Assembly: GCA_000166095.1 (NCBI GenBank)
Contig: CP002278.1
Location: forward strand, 1,020,001-1,052,000
Reading direction: 5' to 3'
DNA from: Methanothermus fervidus DSM 2088
GTDB lineage: Archaea > Methanobacteriota > Methanobacteria > DSM-2088 > Methanothermaceae
DNA length: 32,000 nucleotides
Numbering within the stretch: position 1 is the stretch's first letter; every line of letters begins with the position of its first letter. A program made the position numbers and the translations under genes. Positions 1-8,026 of the stretch are shown here, piece after piece. A model generated the notes under the pieces. The model did not search any database and was not told the origin of the DNA. It saw only the letters and a list, made by a program, of their open reading frames with translations.

Positions 1-458
1 TTATAGAATATCTTTGATCCAATAAAATCAAATATCTTTTTCCTAATTGTTTTTGAGAATCTTGGTGCTGAACCTCTTGGCTGCAATACATAAGGAACAT
101 TATATTTTCTTGCATAATAATAAGCAACTAAAGCTAAGAAATTACGGAACTCATGTATATGAACAATATCATAATCCTTAATCTCTTTTCTAGCAACTAT
201 TGGCATATAATAAGGTAGCGGGATGTTATGTGAAGATAAGAACATAGACAAATTTCTAAAATAATAAACATTGATGCCATCAACATTGATAGCTCTATTC
301 TTAACAACATTAATTCTCCTCTTAAATCCGTCTGTTGTATAAACAGTTACATCATGACCTAATTTAGCTTGCCTATAACTTATTTCATATACAGATCTTG
401 GAGGTCCTCCAGCTTCCCAAGATGGTTTAAAATATGGAACAACGTGAAGAATCTTCAT
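1..458 (-). CDS. Glycosyltransferase family 4, N-terminal part (truncated by window edge)
   Basis: Not in the supplied ORF track because it runs off the edge. Reverse strand from ATG at 458 reads MKILHVVPYFKPSWEAGGPPRSVYEISYRQAKLGHDVTVYTTDGFK..., a typical GT4 N-terminus, open to base 1. Confidence 0.85.
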   Translation of the reverse strand, partial: MKILHVVPYFKPSWEAGGPPRSVYEISYRQAKLGHDVTVYTTDGFKRRINVVKNRAINVDGINVYYFRNLSMFLSSHNIPLPYYMPIVARKEIKDYDIVHIHEFRNFLALVAYYYARKYNVPYVLQPRGSAPRFSKTIRKKIFDFIGSKIFY

Positions 459-459
459 T

Positions 460-1620
460 TTATCTTTCCAATAAATTTTTAAGTATTTTTTCAAATTTGT
501 CAGTTATTTTTTCCCAATCTCTTTTCTCTACATACCTTCTAGCCTTAATTCCTTCTTTCTCAATATCTATCTTCCTTGCCAAATCAATTGTCTCCTCAGG
601 TTTATCCACATAAAATACGCCATTCCCTTTGTTAAATTCCATGACTATTCCAGGTAACCTGGTTGCTATCACAGGCTTTGCCATTGCCATATATTCATAT
701 ATTTTTATTGGGACTATATCTTGCATTATTTTATGTTTATGAGCTGGTAAAACACAAATATCAGCAGCAGCTAAAAATTTTGGTATCTCATCATATTTTT
801 TCCTACCAGTGAGAATAATTTTGTTGCATTTATTAGCTATTTTCAAAAGATCATCATAGATATCTCCATCACCAACAATCATTAACTTCATATTTACATC
901 TTTTTTACACAATTCTTCGGCTAACTCTTTTAAACCAGAAAATTCATAAAGATATCCCATAAAAAATAAAAGTAATTCATTATCTTTAATTCCATATTTC
1001 TTTCTTATCTCTCTACCATCTAAACTTAAATCAAATTTACTTAAGTCTATTCCTGCCCCCAATACTTTAGTTTTTTTAGGATTAGACCCTAAATCAATAG
1101 CAAATTGGGCTAAACGCTTGTTTATTGCTAAAACCAAATCTGACTCCTTAATAATTTTTTTCATCAATATTTTTCCAAAAAATTGTAAATAATTTTCAGG
1201 AATAAGCCTATATAAAACATCTATTAAGTAATAAACAAAAGGTATGTCATGTTTTTTAGCTTCATGAACTCCTAAAAAAGAATTTAAAATTCCAAAACCC
1301 AATATAACATCAGGATCAAATTCTTTAATTTGCCTTTTTATTTCCTTTTTGTGGAAATAAAGGATAGATATATAATCAAGAATTGGAATCTTTACAATGC
1401 TTGGCCTAATCACTGTAACATTAGCCTCAGGAATTACTTTATGTACATTCCTAAATATTTTCCTTTTTTCAAAAATTTTATATCCTTTCTTTCTATAATC
1501 TATTTCGTAATCAATTACTCTTATCTCATGACCTCTCACTGACAACCTATCAATTAGATGATGCTGTTGATGTGGGTTCCTAGTTATCCAATCTGACTCC
1601 TGTAATAGAAGTATTCTCAT
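460..1620 (-). CDS. Glycosyltransferase family 4 (GT-B fold)
   Basis: 386 aa; MRILLLQESDWITRNPHQQHHLIDRLSVRGHEIRVI N-term; C-term KIYEYMAMAKPVIATRLPGI...EFNKGNGVFYVD typical of the GT4 nucleotide-sugar binding region. Confidence 0.9.
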   Translation of the reverse strand: MRILLLQESDWITRNPHQQHHLIDRLSVRGHEIRVIDYEIDYRKKGYKIFEKRKIFRNVHKVIPEANVTVIRPSIVKIPILDYISILYFHKKEIKRQIKEFDPDVILGFGILNSFLGVHEAKKHDIPFVYYLIDVLYRLIPENYLQFFGKILMKKIIKESDLVLAINKRLAQFAIDLGSNPKKTKVLGAGIDLSKFDLSLDGREIRKKYGIKDNELLLFFMGYLYEFSGLKELAEELCKKDVNMKLMIVGDGDIYDDLLKIANKCNKIILTGRKKYDEIPKFLAAADICVLPAHKHKIMQDIVPIKIYEYMAMAKPVIATRLPGIVMEFNKGNGVFYVDKPEETIDLARKIDIEKEGIKARRYVEKRDWEKITDKFEKILKNLLER

Positions 1621-1628
1621 TTTTCACC

Positions 1629-2621
1629 TCAAAACTCTGCAGATCTCTTTATTTTATCCCAATTCTCAACAAACCATTTATATGTAATCTCAAGTCCTTC
1701 TCTAAATGAAACTTTTGGTTCATAATCTAGCAATTTCTTAGCTTTTTCAATTGATGACAATAATCTCGTTTTGACATCCCATTCTCTCCTTCCAACATAT
1801 ACAACGCCTGCTTCATTCCCTGTTAATTCATTGACAATTTTTGCTAATTCAATAACCTTATGTTCCTTCCCTGAACCCAGATTTATAGCTTCTCCAATTG
1901 CTTTTTTACGAACACCCATTTTTAATAATCCTCTGACTATATCACCAACAAAGGTCCAATCTCTTGTTTCATTTCCAGTGCCTGTTATTGGAAGTGGTTT
2001 TCCTTGCATTGCCCAATAGAAGAAATTAGGTATTACATTACGATATTTTCCTGGAACTTCTCCAGGGCCATAAGCATTGAAAAACCTTGCATTCACAATT
2101 GGCAAATCATATAGATTGTAGAAGTAATTACAATAAAGTTCACCAAGTAATTTAGTTACCTGGTATGGTGTATGTAGTGAAATAGAGACGTCATCTTCTT
2201 TAAATGGAATTTTAGAATCAAGGCCATAAACTCCACATCCAGATGATGCATAAACAAATCTTTCAACTCCAACAAGTTGTGCATACTCTAAAACTTTCAG
2301 TGTTCCCAATCCATTAACTAATAAATCGGTTTCAGGATGATCAACACTATTTTGGTTTGCAAAATGTGCTGCAAGATGGAAAACATAATCTGGTCTTTCT
2401 TTATACACTCTTTTTAATATCTCATCATCAAGTATATCTCCTTCAACAAATACTATGTTTTCATGTTTTGGGATATTCCATTTGTAGGAGGAAGATAAGT
2501 TGTCAAGTATTATTACATTTGCACCTAGCTCAGCTAATTTTCTAGATAAATTACTTCCTATACATCCTGCTCCACCGGTAACTAACACGGTCTTACCATC
2601 ATATTTCTTAAGTTCTGACAT
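1629..2621 (-). CDS. NAD-dependent epimerase/dehydratase (extended SDR, GalE/WbpP-like)
   Basis: VLVTGGAGCIGSNLSRKLAELGANVIILDNL Rossmann motif (GxxGxxG), YxxxK as YQVTK; ORF track start is 2636, internal ATG (MSELKK) at 2621 is plausible. Confidence 0.9.
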   Translation of the reverse strand: MSELKKYDGKTVLVTGGAGCIGSNLSRKLAELGANVIILDNLSSSYKWNIPKHENIVFVEGDILDDEILKRVYKERPDYVFHLAAHFANQNSVDHPETDLLVNGLGTLKVLEYAQLVGVERFVYASSGCGVYGLDSKIPFKEDDVSISLHTPYQVTKLLGELYCNYFYNLYDLPIVNARFFNAYGPGEVPGKYRNVIPNFFYWAMQGKPLPITGTGNETRDWTFVGDIVRGLLKMGVRKKAIGEAINLGSGKEHKVIELAKIVNELTGNEAGVVYVGRREWDVKTRLLSSIEKAKKLLDYEPKVSFREGLEITYKWFVENWDKIKRSAEF

Positions 2622-3508
2622 TATGATCCTCTCCATCGTTCCTTCATCATTCTATTTATTGAATCAAGTATTATACCTGTAAAGATAAAAAATGTTCCAA
2701 ATAGTGCCATTATACCTGCCACAATTGTAGGACCTATATTTACACTCCTGCCAATTAAATAATCTCTAAGAAATATCAATCCAAGTATCATGCCAATAAC
2801 CATAACTACTAAACCAGGCAATGTGAAATAGTAAAGTGGACGTTCAAATTCCATGTCATGTAATATTTTAGCTAAAACTTTTAAACCATGACTTATTGGA
2901 TTCTCAGAAGGTTTGCCAACATCGTATCTTGATCCAATTTCAACTTCAACAATTTTTAATCCAGCTTTTGCAGCATCGACTAACATTTCACTTTCAATTC
3001 CGAATCCATCATCCTTAAATCTAAAATATGGCATGCATTTTTTTGAAAATGCCCTAAACCCACTTTGTGTGTCTGAAATTTTAATACCTGCAGTTATATT
3101 TGTTGTTACATCCAAAACTTTTTGGCCTATTCGCCTATATTTGGGAGTTCCTGGATCTCCTCTAAGATATCTACTTCCATTAACAAAATCTGCCTTACCT
3201 TCAATTATAGGAGTTATAAGTTTGGGAATTTCATCTGGATTATGTTGAAAATCCCCATCTAAAGTAACTATTATGTCAGCATTTTTGTTTTTAGCATATT
3301 CAAAACCTGTTTTTAAGGAGGCACCTTTGCCTTTATTTTTATGATGTCTAATAACTTTAGCTCCTGCTAATTCAGCTATATCGCCAGTTCTATCAGTACT
3401 ACCATCATCTACAACAATAACGTCATCTACATATTTTTTTGTTAATAAAACAACACTGCCAATAGATAATTCCTCATTAAATGCAGGAATCACAGCAACA
3501 ACTTTCAT
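2621..3508 (-). CDS. Glycosyltransferase family 2 with C-terminal transmembrane segments (polyprenyl-phosphate sugar synthase-like)
   Basis: MKVVAVIPAFNEELSIGSVVLLTKKYVDDVIVVDDGSTDRTGDIAE...GKGASLKTGFEYA...DIIVTLDGDFQHNPDEIPKLI (DXD-like region), two hydrophobic C-terminal helices. ATG at 3508 preferred over the 3538 start in the ORF track. Confidence 0.9.
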   Translation of the reverse strand: MKVVAVIPAFNEELSIGSVVLLTKKYVDDVIVVDDGSTDRTGDIAELAGAKVIRHHKNKGKGASLKTGFEYAKNKNADIIVTLDGDFQHNPDEIPKLITPIIEGKADFVNGSRYLRGDPGTPKYRRIGQKVLDVTTNITAGIKISDTQSGFRAFSKKCMPYFRFKDDGFGIESEMLVDAAKAGLKIVEVEIGSRYDVGKPSENPISHGLKVLAKILHDMEFERPLYYFTLPGLVVMVIGMILGLIFLRDYLIGRSVNIGPTIVAGIMALFGTFFIFTGIILDSINRMMKERWRGS

Positions 3509-4446
3509 GATTCTATACCATAATATTCTTTCATCCATTCCACAGTTCTCTTAATACCTTCCTGTGGTGGAACTTTAGGATCATGACCTAAATCTCTTTC
3601 TGCCTTTGAACAATCAACAATTTTGACTCGTGTTGTATGCGGCTCAACTTCTTTGTATCTAACTATGGAATCATCTCTACCTACAGCCTCTAAAACCATA
3701 TCAGAATATTCTTTAATGTCATATAGCCATTCCCTTCTTCCACCAACATTATATACCTCGCCAGGTTTAAAATTATCAACTATGTTAGCAAATGTTCTAA
3801 CAGAATCTTCAACATAATCTATTATCCTTTTGTGTCCTTTATAGACAGTGTATGGTTTGTTATGTAATGCATGGTAAATAAATTTAGGTATAAATCCTCT
3901 ATATGGATGGTATTTTTCACCAGGCCCATAACAATTTACTGGCCTAACTCTAACAATTTCAGATCCATGCATTCTTTCTGCATTCATACACATTAGTTCT
4001 CCTGCCCACTTGCTTATTGCATAATCATTCATTTGATATGTATCTTTTATGGGGTTATTAACCATAACATCTTCATGCATTACTCCATCGTAATCTCCAT
4101 AAACTTCTGCTGATGAAAAGAATATCAATCTAAAACCATGTTTTACTTGTAGGTTGAGAATATGTTTAGTTCCTATCACATTAGTCTCCCATAAATTCTC
4201 ATAGTAATGTTCACCATTCCATCTTCCATATTCAGCAGCTAAGTGATATACATAATCAAATTTCCAACGTTCGAAAACTCTTTCTAGCTGTCTATAATTC
4301 CTAACATCAGCTCTTATGTAATTCTCCCTATCACTATGCATCAAATCTAGAGAAATTACCTCATGTCCTCTGCTTTCTAACTCCCTAACTAGGTGTTTTC
4401 CAATAAATCCTTCTCCACCAGTCACTAAAATTCTAAATGTTTCCAT
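3505..4446 (-). CDS. NAD-dependent epimerase/dehydratase (extended SDR)
   Basis: RILVTGGEGFIGKHLVRELESRGHEVISLDL; SSAEVYGDYDG; YAISKWAGE catalytic motif. Confidence 0.9.
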   Translation of the reverse strand: METFRILVTGGEGFIGKHLVRELESRGHEVISLDLMHSDRENYIRADVRNYRQLERVFERWKFDYVYHLAAEYGRWNGEHYYENLWETNVIGTKHILNLQVKHGFRLIFFSSAEVYGDYDGVMHEDVMVNNPIKDTYQMNDYAISKWAGELMCMNAERMHGSEIVRVRPVNCYGPGEKYHPYRGFIPKFIYHALHNKPYTVYKGHKRIIDYVEDSVRTFANIVDNFKPGEVYNVGGRREWLYDIKEYSDMVLEAVGRDDSIVRYKEVEPHTTRVKIVDCSKAERDLGHDPKVPPQEGIKRTVEWMKEYYGIES

Positions 4447-4448
4447 TT

Positions 4449-6002
4449 TTACATCTCCCTCTTATATATCACTACTTGTCCAATTTTTTTTATTGGATAG
4501 TATCCATGAAGTGGCACAGATTTACTTGTATCACTATGTATATAATAGTATGGAGGTGCTTTATTCATAAGTCGCCAGAACAATTCCTTATCACTTTCAC
4601 TATAAATACGTGTAAAAACGTATTTTTTTAGATACCAAGTAAATGCAGGACCTCTGTCAGATGCTATAATTTTGTATTTATAATCAGGATCATATTTTTT
4701 TAGCCATTCTGCAGCAAGCTTTTCAGATTGAACCCAGGGATCACTTTTGGGCATCTCTATTAAATATATACCTGTGTTAAATATTATCAATGTAAGCAAT
4801 ACTGTCGCTATATTTTTTATTTTCGTAACTTTAGAAAATTTATGTACTCCTAATGTAAATGCATAAGCCAATGCAGGAGTCATTGTAATGAAATAGCGAT
4901 CAACCTTAACAGGATGTAATGTATGTAGAATAAAGAATGATAGAAACCATGTTAAAAATATTAAATCTAAGGCCAATCTTTTATCTTTTAAATTCCTATA
5001 TAGAGATAAAATCATTCCAAACATTATAAATTCGGCTATATAAAATGGAAAATTAAAGTAAATTGATAATGCAAGCACTATTGCTAATATAGTAGGTAAT
5101 AGGTATTTTTTTGGATTTTTAAAGGTAAATGGTATTATTCCAATGATGATGAAGATTAGTATTAAATATGAGATTAAAGTTGGTTCACTGTTAGATGGCC
5201 AAAGCATATCCTCATAATTATGTATGACTTTAGCTGAGATATATTGTGGTATATATTTGAGGTAATAGAGAAAATCTAAATTATAGCCTGGATTTGTAGA
5301 TGAAACTGCACCACCAGTAGAATATTTAATGAAAGGAACTATATTTTTTTGTCCAAATTGTTTTAAAAATTCATAGAATTCATAATAAATAAATACTCCA
5401 ATGCCAATGCTCGCTACTATTTTCTTAATATCAATTCTTTCTTTATATATGTAGAAGGTAAGAATTAGTGGGAAGATTATCAATGCAGATGTATATCTTG
5501 TTAAAAAGGAGAGAACTGCAACAGGGAATACAAAGTATAGATATCTAGAATTCTTTTTAACACCCAGTAATGCAAAATATAAACTCCATAAAGCTAAAGA
5601 TATGGATGGAACATCTAATGCTCCACTAACAGCCCACATAATGATTAAAGTGAAAGTTGCGAAAGCCGTAGCACCTAAAAATGATTCTACTTCACTAAAC
5701 TTCAACTTCAATATTAAATATAGAGCAATCACACCTAAAACATAAAAGATTGCTGACACTATGAACAATGCAGTTTCAGACACATAGCCTAGTTTAAAAA
5801 TTAAAGAAGTTAGATAAGAGAGAAATGGAGGTAAATAAAGAGTATCACTTGCACCTATGCCTGCCATTTTTGCTGCATTGTTTAGATAAAAAAATATATC
5901 CCAATAGTAAACCCCAATCTTACTTTGTATTTGAACGAGTATTATGGCAAGTATTGAGGTAAAGATAAGTAAAGTGAGAAGATACTTATCTACACCTTTC
6001 AT
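4449..6002 (-). CDS. Polytopic membrane glycosyltransferase, GT39/ArnT-like (GT-C fold)
   Basis: 517 aa, N-term TM helix followed by a short loop with YYWDIFFYLNNA acidic motif, roughly 12 hydrophobic segments, C-terminal soluble tail. Confidence 0.7.
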   Translation of the reverse strand: MKGVDKYLLTLLIFTSILAIILVQIQSKIGVYYWDIFFYLNNAAKMAGIGASDTLYLPPFLSYLTSLIFKLGYVSETALFIVSAIFYVLGVIALYLILKLKFSEVESFLGATAFATFTLIIMWAVSGALDVPSISLALWSLYFALLGVKKNSRYLYFVFPVAVLSFLTRYTSALIIFPLILTFYIYKERIDIKKIVASIGIGVFIYYEFYEFLKQFGQKNIVPFIKYSTGGAVSSTNPGYNLDFLYYLKYIPQYISAKVIHNYEDMLWPSNSEPTLISYLILIFIIIGIIPFTFKNPKKYLLPTILAIVLALSIYFNFPFYIAEFIMFGMILSLYRNLKDKRLALDLIFLTWFLSFFILHTLHPVKVDRYFITMTPALAYAFTLGVHKFSKVTKIKNIATVLLTLIIFNTGIYLIEMPKSDPWVQSEKLAAEWLKKYDPDYKYKIIASDRGPAFTWYLKKYVFTRIYSESDKELFWRLMNKAPPYYYIHSDTSKSVPLHGYYPIKKIGQVVIYKREM

Positions 6003-7536
6003 AGATTATGGCTCCTTTAAATTTTTTAATGATTTTAAAACCTTTTAATTCAAAACCTTTTTTTGTCCATATGAAATAAGTTGCATTTGAATTTATAAGC
6101 ATTTTAGATAAATCATCTATACTCTTAAAATCATCTGGATTCCCTCTTTTCACTTCATATTTAAGATACCAACTCATTCCAATCCAATGATCTGAAAATA
6201 TAATCTTCTGTCTATAATTTGGATCATAATTTTTTAACCATGTTGCTGCATTCTCCAAATTTGAATCTAATCTATATGGAGTTATAGTGAAATAGTAACT
6301 TAAGGAAGATATAACAACGCCCACAGCTAGAAAAATTACTAATGCATTGTATTTCGAGGTTGAAATTAAATTTTTTAATTCTGAAATTCCAAGCATCAGA
6401 ATGTATGTTAGTGGAATAACCATCGTTATAAAGTACCTATCAACTTTGAGACATATTAAGCTATGAGCAAACAAATAGGTTAAAAACCATGTGAATACCA
6501 TTAAATCTAGTTTTGGAATTTTAGATTTTGAATAAAGAAATAACATGCAAGGAATTAATAACAATTCAGGTATAAGGTAAATTAGTTGATATTTCAATGA
6601 TAAAATTGTTAAAAAAATTGTTGGGATAATTCCATAAATTGCCCTATGTCTTTTTAAATATAAAGAAATCCCCAAAATTGAAAGAAAAGCTAAAACATAA
6701 CTTATTGGGGATGTGTATCCCATACTTGGATTTAGATATGTACCTAAATACTCTTTTGAAGGAAAGCTACTTATGTATTGTAAAATATGTTTTAGATAGT
6801 AGAAACTATCTAGATTGAATCCTGGATATTCTGGATTAGGTGTGCCTGGAATTCCAATGCCTAAAAAGATGAAAGGATTACCTACTTTTAAATATAAAAA
6901 ATACATGAAGGAAATTAAAATAGGACTCCCAAATGCAGCTCCTATCATCAATTCTTTAATATTTTTAAATCTACTCACAATCAAATATGTTAAAATAGGA
7001 ATAACCAATAGTCCTGCTGTATATCTTGTTAAAAAAGCTAGAAGATAAAGAATTGGTGTAAAAAACAAAAATTTTTTGTTTTTTTCCATACCATAAACAA
7101 ATGTGAAAATTGTCCATACACTTAGCATGGCTCCAGGAACATCCAGTGTTCCAGCAACCATCCATGCAAGCACAACAGACATGCATGAAAGAATTAATGT
7201 TCCTGCAAAACTTTCAATAGTTGTAAATCTAAGTCTTAAAAATAAATATGTTCCTAAAACTCCTAATACATATATTATCCCACATATTACAAACAAAACA
7301 ACTTCAGATACTCCTACAACCTTAAATAACATCCCAGTTAAAAATGGGATTAAAGGAGGAAGATATTGTTTATATCCTGGACTAATTCCAGCAAACATTA
7401 AAGCATTCCAAAGATATATGTACGTATCCCAGTATACTACCCCAAGTTTTACCTGAAGATTTAAAAAATAAATCGTTATTAATGTTATAAAGAGTAATAA
7501 AACTGAAATCATTTTTTTATCTTTTTTTGGATGCAT
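5986..7536 (-). CDS. Polytopic membrane glycosyltransferase, GT39/ArnT-like; paralog of 4449-6002
   Basis: 516 aa; shares KxGVxYWDxxxYLxNA, LPPxxxxLTxxxFK, VLGVxxxYLxLxLxF with the adjacent ORF; strong SD (TAGGAGGGA) just upstream of ATG at 7536. Confidence 0.72.
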   Translation of the reverse strand: MHPKKDKKMISVLLLFITLITIYFLNLQVKLGVVYWDTYIYLWNALMFAGISPGYKQYLPPLIPFLTGMLFKVVGVSEVVLFVICGIIYVLGVLGTYLFLRLRFTTIESFAGTLILSCMSVVLAWMVAGTLDVPGAMLSVWTIFTFVYGMEKNKKFLFFTPILYLLAFLTRYTAGLLVIPILTYLIVSRFKNIKELMIGAAFGSPILISFMYFLYLKVGNPFIFLGIGIPGTPNPEYPGFNLDSFYYLKHILQYISSFPSKEYLGTYLNPSMGYTSPISYVLAFLSILGISLYLKRHRAIYGIIPTIFLTILSLKYQLIYLIPELLLIPCMLFLYSKSKIPKLDLMVFTWFLTYLFAHSLICLKVDRYFITMVIPLTYILMLGISELKNLISTSKYNALVIFLAVGVVISSLSYYFTITPYRLDSNLENAATWLKNYDPNYRQKIIFSDHWIGMSWYLKYEVKRGNPDDFKSIDDLSKMLINSNATYFIWTKKGFELKGFKIIKKFKGAIIYERCR

Positions 7537-7929
7537 AATATCCCTCCTACTTGAATTTATCTTTAAATGAAATATCCGCCAATAAAATTAAATATCTTGA
7601 AATATTCTATGGATTAACAATGCCTTTCATGCTCAACAAATCTACATTTAATTTTCCTTCAATTGTTTATCTTTATATAAGTTGATATTACTAAGTGATA
7701 TTAAAATTAAAAAACCAGTTTTAAGGGTTAAAGAATGAGAATAAACATTTTCCTATAAAAATATTTTTAGATATCTAATATTTTCCTATTATACTTAACA
7801 TTTTATCTTTATTTACGATGACGCCCTCAAAGATTAGAGATTATTAATTAGATATATTAAAAGATTTTAATCTCTTTTTATTTTATCTAAAACAATTTCT
7901 CCTTGCTTCTTATCCACGTTTTCTTTCGA

Positions 7930-7948
7930 AAAATTTATATATTGGTTT
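7930..7948 (+). promoter_or_regulatory. Archaeal BRE/TATA-type promoter for the surface protein gene
   Basis: CGAAAAATTTATATATTGG, consensus-like BRE + TATA, placing the TSS at about 7960. Confidence 0.55.
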
Positions 7949-7968
7949 AATGTGTATGCCTTATTGTG

Positions 7969-7993
7969 GTGGGGCATCCAAAGGGTGCCCCAC
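7969..7993 (+). promoter_or_regulatory. Strong 5'-leader hairpin (11-bp stem, AAA triloop)
   Basis: GTGGGGCATCC-AAA-GGGTGCCCCAC: 10 Watson-Crick pairs plus one G-U wobble, unusually GC-rich for the locus. Confidence 0.8.
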
Positions 7994-8026
7994 AAGTAGG
8001 AGGGAGATAATATTCCGCCGTGTAAA

